A stretch of 64,000 bases of DNA from an uncultured Actinomycetota bacterium (GTDB lineage: Bacteria > Actinomycetota > Actinomycetes > CAVWCF01): the NCBI GenBank assembly GCA_963753435.1, contig CAVWCF010000001.1, positions 1-64,000 on the forward strand, in the 5' to 3' direction. Of this stretch, positions 30,794 through 40,134 are shown in pieces. The notes below the pieces were generated by a model. The model did not search any database and was not told where the DNA came from. It was given only the letters and a program-made list of their open reading frames with translations. The position numbers were made by a program, and so were the translations under genes. How positions within the stretch are numbered: the first letter of the stretch is position 1; every line of letters begins with the position of its first letter.

Positions 30794-31819
30794 ATGCGAG
30801 TTGGAGTGCTGACCGGAGGCGGGGACGCGCCCGGCCTCAACGCAGTGATCCGGGCGATGGTGCGCCACGGCGTCACCGACCTGGGTCTGGAGTTCGTCGG
30901 GTTCACCGACGGCTGGAAAGGCCCACTGGAGGGACTGACCAGACCGCTGGACATACCCGCCGTGCGCGGGATCCTGCCGCGGGGCGGCACGATCCTGGGT
31001 TCGTCGCGGACCAACCCACTTAAGGAACCCGACGGGTTGGCCCGGGTCGAGCAGACCCTGAAGCGCCTGGGCGTCGATGCATTGGTGGCGATCGGCGGCG
31101 AGGACACGCTTGGAGTTGCCGGCCAACTCCATGAACACGGTGTGGCTGTGGTGGGCGTGCCCAAGACCATCGACAACGATCTGTCCGCCACGGACTACAC
31201 GTTCGGCTTCGACACGGCCGTCACGATCGCGACCGAGGCGATAGACCGGCTACACACGACCGCGGAGTCGCACCACCGGGTGCTGATGGTCGAAGTGATG
31301 GGCCGGCACGCCGGTTGGATCGCCCTGCACTCCGGCATGGCTGGGGGAGCGAACATCATCCTCATCCCCGAGGAGCCTTTCGACGTGGATGAGGTGTGCG
31401 GTTGGGTGGAGTCCCGATTCCAGACCAATTACGCACCGATCGTGGTTGTGGCCGAAGGTGCGCTGCCCACTGAAGGCAGTCTGATTACCAAGGACGACTC
31501 CCTGGACGCTTTCGGTCACGTGAAGCTTTCGGGGATCGCGACCTGGTTGGCCGGGCAGATCGAAGAACGAACTGGCCGGGAGGCCCGCACCACCGTGCTC
31601 GGGCACGTGCAGCGCGGTGGCAGCCCGACGGCATTCGACCGCGTTCTGGCGACGAGGTTCGGCCTGCAAGCCGTTGAAGCGGTGGCGGATCGGGACTTCG
31701 GCAAGATGGTTGCGCTACGGGGGATCGACATCGTCCGCGTCCCGATCTCCGATGCCGTGGGCACCCTCAAGACCGTCCCGCCGCAGCGGTACGCGGAGGC
31801 ACGACTGCTGTTCGGCTGA
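30794..31819 (+). CDS. pfkA: 6-phosphofructokinase
   Basis: TGGGDAPGLN, GGEDT, PKTIDND, MGRHAG, GHVQRGG. Confidence 0.95.
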   Translation: MRVGVLTGGGDAPGLNAVIRAMVRHGVTDLGLEFVGFTDGWKGPLEGLTRPLDIPAVRGILPRGGTILGSSRTNPLKEPDGLARVEQTLKRLGVDALVAIGGEDTLGVAGQLHEHGVAVVGVPKTIDNDLSATDYTFGFDTAVTIATEAIDRLHTTAESHHRVLMVEVMGRHAGWIALHSGMAGGANIILIPEEPFDVDEVCGWVESRFQTNYAPIVVVAEGALPTEGSLITKDDSLDAFGHVKLSGIATWLAGQIEERTGREARTTVLGHVQRGGSPTAFDRVLATRFGLQAVEAVADRDFGKMVALRGIDIVRVPISDAVGTLKTVPPQRYAEARLLFG

Positions 31820-31917
31820 GGCCGTGGCCGGTTTCGGGCAGGCGCAGGCGGAGCCACGCGCTGACCGGGCATTGAGGCTGAATGCGCGCTGCGGCCGCGG
31901 CTGCGTACCCTTTCGGG

Positions 31918-33273
31918 GTGAGAACCGACGAAGGGGCATCAGCTGCCCTCACCTGGCCGGACCTGCCTGCTGCCCAGCAGCCGGTGTGGCCGGACGCGGC
32001 CCGATTGGCGTCGGCGACAGCCGAATTGCGCACTTTGCCCCCGTTGGTGTTCGCCGGTGAGTGTGACGACCTAACCGCCGCCATGGCGGACGCGGCCCGC
32101 GGGCGCGCCTTCGTGCTGCAAGCCGGCGACTGCGCGGAGACGTTCGCCGACGCCCGCGCCAACACCATCCGCGCCAAGCTCAAGACCGTGCTGCAGATGG
32201 CCGTTGTGCTCACGTACGGCGCCCAACTGCCGGTAATCAAGATTGGCCGGATGGCCGGCCAGTACGCCAAGCCGCGCTCATCCGCGACCGAGTCGCGGGA
32301 CGGAATGGAACTGCCCGCCTACCGCGGCGACATGGTCAACGGCCTTGCCTTCGAGGCGGCCGGACGTACCCCCGATCCGCGGCGCTTGGTCGAGGCCTAC
32401 AACCGGGCTGCGGCCACGCTGAACCTGATCCGGGCGTTCACCCAGGGTGGATACGCGGACCTGCGCCAGGTGCACGAGTGGAACAAGGACTTCGTCCGGG
32501 ACTCCCCGGTGGGCCAGCGCTACGAACGGCTGGCCACGGACCTTGATCGCGCGCTGGCGTTCATGCACGCCTGCGGTGCGGAACCCGAGGAGTTCCGCCG
32601 TGTGGAGTTCTACTCCGGGCACGAAGCATTGCTGTTGGACTACGAACGAGCGCTGACTCGGATCGACTCCCGTAGCGGCCAGCCATACGGGACCTCCGGT
32701 CACTTCCTGTGGGTCGGGGAGCGGACGCGGCAACTGGATGGCGCGCACGTCGATTTCGCTGCGAGCGTCCGCAACCCGATCGGAGTGAAGCTGGGCCCGA
32801 CAACCACGCCCGAGGACGCCTTGGCGTTGGTGGAGCGGCTGGACCCGCGAATGGAGCCGGGCCGGCTAACCCTCATCTCGCGCATGGGGGCCGACCGGGT
32901 CCGGGAGGCGCTGCCCCCGCTGGTGGAGAAGGTCAACGCCTCCGGGCACGAGGTGGTGTGGGTCTGCGACCCGATGCACGGCAACACGTTCGTCACCGCC
33001 GGCGGCCACAAGACCCGGCGTTTCGACGACGTCATGGACGAGGTGCGCGGCTTCTTCGAGGTGCACCGCAGTCTCGGCACCTACCCGGGTGGCCTGCACA
33101 TCGAGTTGACCGGTGACGACGTGACCGAATGCGTCGGCGGTGGCGGGGGTCTGGCCGAGGCGGACCTGACCAACCGATACGAGACGGCATGCGACCCGCG
33201 CCTGAACCGCGAACAGTCGCTGGAGCTGGCGTTCCTGGTCGCCGAGCACCTCTCCGCGCCGTCGACCCCCTGA
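31918..33273 (+). CDS. Class II DAHP synthase
   Basis: GDCAE, GRMAGQYAKPRS, WVGERTR, DPMHGNT, CDPRLN; TACCCT -10 supports a leaderless GTG at 31918. Confidence 0.95.
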   Translation: MRTDEGASAALTWPDLPAAQQPVWPDAARLASATAELRTLPPLVFAGECDDLTAAMADAARGRAFVLQAGDCAETFADARANTIRAKLKTVLQMAVVLTYGAQLPVIKIGRMAGQYAKPRSSATESRDGMELPAYRGDMVNGLAFEAAGRTPDPRRLVEAYNRAAATLNLIRAFTQGGYADLRQVHEWNKDFVRDSPVGQRYERLATDLDRALAFMHACGAEPEEFRRVEFYSGHEALLLDYERALTRIDSRSGQPYGTSGHFLWVGERTRQLDGAHVDFAASVRNPIGVKLGPTTTPEDALALVERLDPRMEPGRLTLISRMGADRVREALPPLVEKVNASGHEVVWVCDPMHGNTFVTAGGHKTRRFDDVMDEVRGFFEVHRSLGTYPGGLHIELTGDDVTECVGGGGGLAEADLTNRYETACDPRLNREQSLELAFLVAEHLSAPSTP

Positions 33274-33396
33274 ATGCGCGTTTCTCGCGAATAGGCCGTT
33301 GTTGGGCCATCTCATGGGGTGGGGCGGACGCCGCGATCGGCTGCTGCGTCCGATTCCCGCTAGCGCAGCGACCGCTATTGCGACGAGGCTGGTCAC

Positions 33397-34842
33397 GTGC
33401 CGGAGATGACCCGCTTGGGTGAGGATCCCTCGACCGACGAGGTGCGATTCCGGGCCATCGCTGGTCGCGACGCTCGCTTCGACGGCGTCCTCGTCTATGG
33501 GGTCAAAACGACGGGCGTGTACTGCCGACCGTCCTGTCCGTCGCGGACACCGCGGCCAGAGAACATCCAGTACTTCACGGTGCCGACGGCGGCGGAGGTC
33601 GCCGGGTTTCGACCGTGCCGGCGTTGCCTGCCGCACCAATCGATCCCGGACAGCACGGATCGGCTGGTGCGCTCGGCCACGGAGCTGATCGAGGCCGGTT
33701 TGGTGGACGAGGTCGGTGTGGCCGGAGTGGCTGCCCGGCTATCCGTGTCGCAGCGACACCTGAACCGGTTGCTGCAGGCGCACCTGGGTGTTTCAGTGCA
33801 GGCGCTTGCCCACGCTCGGCGCGCGCAAGCGGCCAGGCTGCTGCTGCAGCAGACCGACTTGGCGATCAGCCAAGTGGCCTACACCGCCGGTTTCGGCTCC
33901 ATCCGGCAGTTCAACGACGCCCTAAAGGCGACGTTCGATCGGACGCCGTCGCAGGTGCGATCCGATGTCGATGGCCAGCGCGAGGGATCAGGGCATCTCC
34001 GGATACGCCTGCGCCTGCAGGCAACGCAGCCGTATGACTTCGGTGCGCTGCTTTCCTGGTACCGCGCCCGCGCGGTGGCGCAGCTGGAGCGGGTGAGCTC
34101 AGACGGGTTCAGCCGCATGATCGTGACCCCGCGCGGCCCGGCCCACGTACGCGCCCACGCCGGCACTGACTCGTGGGTCGTGGACCTGGAACTGCCCGAT
34201 CCGGCTGCTTTGGGATTTGTTGTGGGGCGACTGCGTACCTGGCTGGACCTGGATGCTGACGTGGCGCAGATCGCGCGCGGACTGGCGTCCGACAAGGGCA
34301 TGTCGGCGATGCTGCGACGACGTCCCGGCCTGCGGGTGCCCGTCTGGCCGGACCCTTGGGAAGGGGTGCTGCGGACGGTGCTCGGGCAGCAGGTTTCCGT
34401 GGCCGCGGCCGCTGCTTTGACCGATCGCATCGTCGGCGCCTACGGGTCGGCCGCGGAGCGAAGCGGCGCGCCCACCGATTCCCTCAGCACCTTTCCGACC
34501 CCAGCCGCACTCGTTGATGCCGAACTGCGATTCCTGCCGCGCCGGCGTGCAGAAACGGTCAGGCGACTTTCCGGACTCATCGCCAGCGGAGTGGATCCGG
34601 GCACGGCGGTGGGTCTGGAAGAACTGGGCCAGGTGCCGGGCGTGGGTCCGTGGACGGCGCAGTACTGGCGGCTGCGGGTCCTCGGCGATCCGGACGCGTG
34701 GCCTGGCAGTGACCTGATTCTGCGGCGCGCGGCGAGCGGGCGTGACCCGGACCGTTGGCGGCCGTGGCGTGCCTATGCCGCGCAGCACATTTGGACCAGC
34801 AGCGCGGATGCGAAACGGACCGAACCTCTGGAGGGCTCGTGA
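33397..34842 (+). CDS. alkA: AdaA-AlkA fusion (Ada Zn/AraC regulator plus 3-methyladenine glycosylase II)
   Basis: CRPSC and RPCRRC Zn ligands, AGFGSIRQFN HTH, GQQVS, PGVGPWTA HhH, WRPWRAYA. Confidence 0.92.
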   Translation: MPEMTRLGEDPSTDEVRFRAIAGRDARFDGVLVYGVKTTGVYCRPSCPSRTPRPENIQYFTVPTAAEVAGFRPCRRCLPHQSIPDSTDRLVRSATELIEAGLVDEVGVAGVAARLSVSQRHLNRLLQAHLGVSVQALAHARRAQAARLLLQQTDLAISQVAYTAGFGSIRQFNDALKATFDRTPSQVRSDVDGQREGSGHLRIRLRLQATQPYDFGALLSWYRARAVAQLERVSSDGFSRMIVTPRGPAHVRAHAGTDSWVVDLELPDPAALGFVVGRLRTWLDLDADVAQIARGLASDKGMSAMLRRRPGLRVPVWPDPWEGVLRTVLGQQVSVAAAAALTDRIVGAYGSAAERSGAPTDSLSTFPTPAALVDAELRFLPRRRAETVRRLSGLIASGVDPGTAVGLEELGQVPGVGPWTAQYWRLRVLGDPDAWPGSDLILRRAASGRDPDRWRPWRAYAAQHIWTSSADAKRTEPLEGS

Positions 34843-35402
34843 CACTGCAGGTAGCTGAACTGATGACGCCAGTCGGACCCCTCACGGTCGCGACCGAGGC
34901 CGGCGTCGTCGTTGCGTCCGGATTCGGCGGCGGCGACGACCTGTTGGATCGCCTGGCTGCGCGCCGCCGCGCACCATCCGAAACCGGTCTTGCCGCTGCG
35001 CCGGCGGCAGGCGAGTTGGTCTCCGTAGCCAAGTCGGTCCCGCCGTCGCAGTTGCCGGGGGGCATCGCCGCTGCGGTAGCGGCCTACTTCGCCGGGGACG
35101 TCGACTCCCTCAGCTCGGTACCGGTCAGCCAGAGCGGAACGCCGTTGCAGGACGGTGTCTGGCAGGTCCTTCGGCTGATACCGGCGGGGCAGACCTGGTC
35201 CTACAGTCAACTGGCGGCAGCCATTGGTCGCCCGGCCGCGGTGCGCGCCGTCGGGCAAGCCTGCGGCGCCAACCTCGTCGCGCCGTTCGTCCCCTGCCAT
35301 CGGGCAGTTCGATCCGACGGCGCACTGGGTGGTTACGCGTACGGGGTGGAGGTAAAGCAGTGGCTACTCACCCATGAGGGCGCAGTCCAACCGGTCGGGT
35401 AG
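34839..35402 (+). CDS. ogt: Methylated-DNA-protein-cysteine methyltransferase
   Basis: AVRAVG, PCHR active site, GGYAYG; GTGA overlap with alkA. Confidence 0.92.
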   Translation: MTLQVAELMTPVGPLTVATEAGVVVASGFGGGDDLLDRLAARRRAPSETGLAAAPAAGELVSVAKSVPPSQLPGGIAAAVAAYFAGDVDSLSSVPVSQSGTPLQDGVWQVLRLIPAGQTWSYSQLAAAIGRPAAVRAVGQACGANLVAPFVPCHRAVRSDGALGGYAYGVEVKQWLLTHEGAVQPVG

Positions 35403-35442
35403 CAGGGCGAACCAGAATGCGCCGGCCGCGTCGCGCGACTGC

Positions 35443-36489
35443 CTACGCGCTGGTTCCGGCGGTAGCCACCCGCCGCCCCATCATTGGGGCGAATTGCCGA
35501 ACCGTGGCGGCCAGATCCCTTAGGTCGGCCCCTTCCAGGGCCTGAGCGCCGTCCACCAACGCAACGTCGGGATGGGGGTGCACATCCACTAGCAGGCCAT
35601 CCGCGCCGACTGCGATCGCGGCCCGCGACAGCGGCACCACCAGGTCGCGGCGGCCGCCGGCGTGGGACGGGTCCACCATCACCGGCAGGTGCGAAAGCGC
35701 GTGGGCGACAGGTACCGCGGACACGTCCAGCGTGTTCCGGGTCGCCGTCTCGAAAGTTCGAATGCCCCGCTCGCAGAGCACCACGTCCAGGTTCCCCCGC
35801 TGCGCGATGTACTCCGCAGCCATCAGCCATTCCTCGATGGTCGACGTCATGCCGCGCTTCAGCAGGACGGGTTTTCCGGACTCGCCGGCGGCCTGCAGCA
35901 GCGCGAAGTTCTGCGCGTTGCGGGTGCCGATCTGCAGCATGTCCGCGTACTGCGCCACCAGTGGGACGTCATGGGCGTCCACGACTTCGGTGACGACCGG
36001 CATCCCGGTTCGATCCCGCACCTGCGCGAGGATCTGCAATCCGGCTTCACCGAGGCCCTGGAACGCGTAGGGGCTGGTGCGTGGCTTGTAGGCGCCGCCG
36101 CGCAGGATCGCCGCACCGGCCGCTTGTGCCATCTCGGCTGCCTGCAGGGTTTGTTCGGCCGATTCCACCGCGCACGGTCCGGCGATGAGCGTCAGGGTCC
36201 CCGGCCCGATCGGCACCTGCTGCGCGCCGCTGCCCACATAGACGGTGGTCATCTGCGGGTGGTGCTGCCTACTGACCAACTTGTAGGGCGCGGAGATCCG
36301 CATTACCTCGCTGACACCCGGCATGGCCTGGAGGTTGAGTTCGCCCAGTCGGTCGACGTCGCCAACCAGCCCGACGATCGTCCGCTCGACGCCACGGCTG
36401 ACGAACGCCTCGGCACCAGCCTCGGTGACCCGCTCGACGATCGCGTCGATCAACGCATCGTCGGCGGACGGCTGCATCACGATGACCAT
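35443..36489 (-). CDS. aroF: Class I-beta DAHP synthase with N-terminal ferredoxin-like regulatory domain
   Basis: IAGPCAVE, GGAYKPRTSPYAFQG, LKRG, CERGIR, DPSH. Confidence 0.92.
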   Translation of the reverse strand: MVIVMQPSADDALIDAIVERVTEAGAEAFVSRGVERTIVGLVGDVDRLGELNLQAMPGVSEVMRISAPYKLVSRQHHPQMTTVYVGSGAQQVPIGPGTLTLIAGPCAVESAEQTLQAAEMAQAAGAAILRGGAYKPRTSPYAFQGLGEAGLQILAQVRDRTGMPVVTEVVDAHDVPLVAQYADMLQIGTRNAQNFALLQAAGESGKPVLLKRGMTSTIEEWLMAAEYIAQRGNLDVVLCERGIRTFETATRNTLDVSAVPVAHALSHLPVMVDPSHAGGRRDLVVPLSRAAIAVGADGLLVDVHPHPDVALVDGAQALEGADLRDLAATVRQFAPMMGRRVATAGTSA

Positions 36490-36549
36490 TGCGCCCCCTT
36501 CCGGCCCGCAGAAACTACGTGCTGAGCGGCCTGCGGCTGCTTATGGGGT

Positions 36550-38409
36550 CTAGATCGCGGTGATGGTGATGGTGGAGCCCTTGGGCGCCTGAGTGCCGCC
36601 CCCCGGGCTCTGCGTGAGCACGCGATCCAGAATGACGATCGGCGGCTTGTTCACCTTCACGCGGAATCCGGCGGCCTCCAGCGCGGCCGTCGCTTCGGCG
36701 ACCTTTCGGTCCAGCACGTTGGGAACGGCGACCAGCGGTGGACCCTTGCTGATGACCAGCGAAACGGTGCTCCGCTGGTTCACGGACTTGCCGGCGGCCG
36801 GCGACTGCGAGATGACGGAGCCCTTGGCGACGGATTCGCTGAACTGCTCACTGGTCACCTTGGCTGTGAGGTTCTTGTTCTTCAGGGCTGATTCGGCCGC
36901 GGCCCGGGAGGAGCCAACGACGTTGGGCACCTTGACCGGAGGCAGCCCCTTGGAGACGACCAGCGCTACGGGGGTGTCGCGCTTGACCGCCGTCCCGGCG
37001 GCTGGGGCGATGCTGATGATCTGCCCATCCGGAACCGAGTTCGAGAACTCCTCGGTGGTCTCACCGACGATCAGATTGGTTGCGGCCAGTTCCTTTGTGG
37101 CTTCATCCACCGTCTTGCCGGCGAGAGCGGGAACTTCGTAGCGCTCCGGGCCCTTGGAGAACACCAGTTCCACATCGGAACCACGACGAACCTCGGCGCC
37201 AGCGGCGGGGGTGGCGGTTACGACCAGACCGGCGGCGACGGTTTCGCTGTAAACGGGGTCGGCGACCAGTGCGGTCAAGTCCTCCGCGGCCAGCGCGGCT
37301 GCCGCGGACTCCTCGTTGAGCCCGAGCACGGTCGGCACCGCGGTGTACCGGGCCGAGCCGAGGTACCAGGCGGCAGCGCTCAACGCTCCCACCAGAATCA
37401 GGAGCAGCACGACCCAGGGCCAGCGCCGCCGCCGCTTGCGCGGCTCGTCGGCGTTCTGGCTGGCATCCGTGTCGGGCAGCGCCACCACGAGGGTCTGCTG
37501 CATGCCCCCGGCGGCGGCATCTGCCGGAGCCTGCTCGTTGGCAGGCAACTCGGCACGGACCTGGCGCAGCAAACCGAGCAACTCGGCGGCATCGGCCGGC
37601 CGGTCGTCCGGGTCTGGACGGGTCGCCCCGGTGACCAGGGCGTCCACGACCGGCGGGATGCCGGCAACCAGGGAGCTGGGTGCGGGGATGGTCTCGTGCA
37701 CGTGCTGATAGGCGACCGACAGCGGCGTGTCCCCGGTGTAGGGCGGACGGCCGGTCAGCATCTCGAAGAGGACCACGCCGGCGGCGTAGACATCTGAACG
37801 GGAGTCGGCGATGCCCCGGGCCACTTGCTCCGGAGCCAGATACGCCACGGTTCCGATCAGGACACCTTGGGTTGCGGCTGTGGCACTACCGACAGCGCGA
37901 GTCAGCCCGAAGTCGGCCACCTTGACCCGACCATCCTGGGCCAGCAGCACGTTCTCCGGCTTCACGTCGCGGTGGACCAATCCGGCGGCGTGGGCGGCGG
38001 CCAGCCCTTCCAGCGCCGGAATCAGCAGGTCCAACGCCTCGCCGGGGCTGAGGCGGCCCCGCTCGACCAGCAAGTCGCGCAGGGTGCGGCCTTCGACGTA
38101 CTCCATGACCAGGAAGACGCGGCCGTCGCTTTCACCCTGATCGTGAACGGATACGACATGTGGGTGCGACAGCCGGGCCGCAGTCCGGGCTTCGCGCTCA
38201 AAGCGGGCGACAAACTCGGGGTCCTCGGCCAGCGCGGCGTGCAGCACCTTCAAAGCGACGGTGCGATCCAGTCGCTGGTCAGTCGCCGCGTACACGGTTG
38301 CCATACCGCCGCGGGCCACCCGGCGTTCGATTCGATAGCGCCCGTCCAGCAAGGAACCCAGCAGGGGATCCGCGGCCGGGTCCGCCGCGGTACTGGTCGC
38401 AGTCTCCAC
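36550..38409 (-). CDS. PASTA-domain Ser/Thr protein kinase (PknL-like)
   Basis: ARGGMATVY, HRDVKPEN, DFG, APE, TM, four PASTA repeats; TACACT -10 before GTG. Confidence 0.93.
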   Translation of the reverse strand: METATSTAADPAADPLLGSLLDGRYRIERRVARGGMATVYAATDQRLDRTVALKVLHAALAEDPEFVARFEREARTAARLSHPHVVSVHDQGESDGRVFLVMEYVEGRTLRDLLVERGRLSPGEALDLLIPALEGLAAAHAAGLVHRDVKPENVLLAQDGRVKVADFGLTRAVGSATAATQGVLIGTVAYLAPEQVARGIADSRSDVYAAGVVLFEMLTGRPPYTGDTPLSVAYQHVHETIPAPSSLVAGIPPVVDALVTGATRPDPDDRPADAAELLGLLRQVRAELPANEQAPADAAAGGMQQTLVVALPDTDASQNADEPRKRRRRWPWVVLLLILVGALSAAAWYLGSARYTAVPTVLGLNEESAAAALAAEDLTALVADPVYSETVAAGLVVTATPAAGAEVRRGSDVELVFSKGPERYEVPALAGKTVDEATKELAATNLIVGETTEEFSNSVPDGQIISIAPAAGTAVKRDTPVALVVSKGLPPVKVPNVVGSSRAAAESALKNKNLTAKVTSEQFSESVAKGSVISQSPAAGKSVNQRSTVSLVISKGPPLVAVPNVLDRKVAEATAALEAAGFRVKVNKPPIVILDRVLTQSPGGGTQAPKGSTITITAI

Positions 38410-38488
38410 GTGCGGAGTGTAGGTCGCAGATTCGTCGCAACCCGGGCGTGACACCCGCGATGCCGATCTCGATTGATCCGGCATCATC

Positions 38489-38827
38489 ATGCCGGTGAGC
38501 CGACTGTCCTACCTCGCCGTGCTGCTGTTCTGCCTGCTCGGCACCGCCTGGCTGGAAGTCGCACTGCGTACCCGGGTGTACCGGCGGTGGCGGCGACTTC
38601 TCGTCACGGTCGCTTGCGCGATGGTTCCGTTCATCGTCTGGGATCTGTATGCCATCGCCCAGAACCATTGGACGTTCGACCCCGAACGCACGACCGGGGT
38701 GCTCCTGCCCGGCGACCTGCCGTTGGATGAGCTGCTCTTCTTCATTGTGATCCCGATCGCTTCGGTGCTGTCGCTGGAAGCGGTGCGCGCGGTCAAGCGC
38801 TGGCCGGCCGGGGATGAGGTCCAGTGA
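38489..38827 (+). CDS. Heterodimeric lycopene cyclase, subunit 1 (CrtYc-type)
   Basis: FIVWD...W.F...PLDELLFF motif; lies in the crt cluster. Confidence 0.85.
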   Translation: MPVSRLSYLAVLLFCLLGTAWLEVALRTRVYRRWRRLLVTVACAMVPFIVWDLYAIAQNHWTFDPERTTGVLLPGDLPLDELLFFIVIPIASVLSLEAVRAVKRWPAGDEVQ

Positions 38828-39273
38828 CCTACACGCAGATTGCCCTGGTGGCGGTGCTGGCCGCCGGAGCGGTGGACCTGCTGATCCTGCGCACGCGCCT
38901 GCTCGCGCGGCGCGTTTTCTGGGTTTCCTACGCGATCGTGATCGTCTTCCAACTGCTGACCAACGGGATACTCACTGGGTTCGAGATCGTCCGGTACAAC
39001 CCCGACGTAATCCTTGGCTCGGCCAGCCCCAAGTTCATCGGCGACGGCCGGATCGCGTTCGCGCCGGTGGAGGACCTGCTGTTCGGCTTCGCCCTGGTCC
39101 TGACCTCAATGGCCTGGTGGGTGTTCTGGGGTCGTCGGGGACTGCAGCGAGAGCCAATCTCGGGTCCACCTCGCTGGTGGTTGCGTGGTGGCCCGCTCGG
39201 ATCGGCAGATGCGGAGTCAGGGACGGCGGCGAGCCCGGACGGCACGAACCCAGGCGGGACCGGCAACCGCTAG
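38824..39273 (+). CDS. Heterodimeric lycopene cyclase, subunit 2 (CrtYd-type)
   Basis: MTY..., LTNG, APVEDLLFG. Confidence 0.85.
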   Translation: MTYTQIALVAVLAAGAVDLLILRTRLLARRVFWVSYAIVIVFQLLTNGILTGFEIVRYNPDVILGSASPKFIGDGRIAFAPVEDLLFGFALVLTSMAWWVFWGRRGLQREPISGPPRWWLRGGPLGSADAESGTAASPDGTNPGGTGNR

Positions 39274-40125
39274 CCGACGACGCATCGGCACGCGGGCTCG
39301 CTGGGTGAACACCTGGTAGTCGATTCGCTCGACTTCGTCGACGATGCCGCAGTAGAGGACTCGCGCTGCTTCGATGCAGGGCCGCGAGGTGGGGTGCAGC
39401 ATCTGGATCCCTGGGCGGGCTGCTTCCTCCAGCCGCCGGACGCGGGCGATCTGAAAGGCCATGAGCGCCCGGAAGCGGTCATCCACGGTGCGCTGCTCCA
39501 GGTCGGCTCGGGTCAGTCCGAACCGCTCCAGGTCCTCCGCCGGCAGATACACACGGCCGCGGACCAGGTCCTCGCCGACATCCCGGCAGAAGTTGGCGAG
39601 TTGAAACGCAACCCCGAGGTCGCGGGCGTGCCCGGCCGCGGCCGGGTCAAGGGGCTCAAGGATCGGGACCATCTGCAGCCCGATGACGGCGGCGGAGCCG
39701 TAGACGTATTCATACAAGTCGTCGTAGGTGGCGTAGTCCGTAGTCGTCAGGTCCATCGCCATCGAATGCAGGAACGCCTCGAAGTGTTCGGTCGGTATCT
39801 CCCAGGTGCGGGCGGTGTGCACCACCGCGCGCGCGACCGGGTCCTCGGAGTGACCGCGGGCGAGGTCGGAAAGGAAGCGATCGCCGAACTCAGCCAACGC
39901 GGCGGCGGCAGCAACGTCGTCACGGTCCATCGCGTCGACGATGTCGTCCGCGTAGCGGGCAAAGCCGTACAAGGCGTGGACGTACGGGCGTTTAGCCGCG
40001 GGCAGCAGCAGGGTGGCCAGGTAGTACGTCTTGCCGTGCTCGGCGTTCAGCTCGCGGCAGCGGGCGTACGAAGCCCGTAGTTCCGGATCGGTGATCCGGG
40101 CGGCGTCCAGTTCCCGGGTGCTCAC
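39217..40125 (-). CDS. crtB: Phytoene synthase
   Basis: HGKTYY, YADDIVD, FQLANFCRDVGED. Confidence 0.94.
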   Translation of the reverse strand: MSTRELDAARITDPELRASYARCRELNAEHGKTYYLATLLLPAAKRPYVHALYGFARYADDIVDAMDRDDVAAAAALAEFGDRFLSDLARGHSEDPVARAVVHTARTWEIPTEHFEAFLHSMAMDLTTTDYATYDDLYEYVYGSAAVIGLQMVPILEPLDPAAAGHARDLGVAFQLANFCRDVGEDLVRGRVYLPAEDLERFGLTRADLEQRTVDDRFRALMAFQIARVRRLEEAARPGIQMLHPTSRPCIEAARVLYCGIVDEVERIDYQVFTQRARVPMRRRLAVAGPAWVRAVRARRRP

Positions 40126-40134
40126 CGGGCGAAA

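Noticed and set aside
31878-33280. 11-bp direct repeat CTGAATGCGCG flanking the class II DAHP synthase gene
   Set aside because: There is no transposase or terminal repeat and the gene is a core locus member; chance cannot be excluded.
33274-33396. Possible Ada-binding site upstream of ada-alkA (around GTCCGATTCCCGCTAGC)
   Set aside because: I cannot match it confidently to a validated consensus without comparative data.
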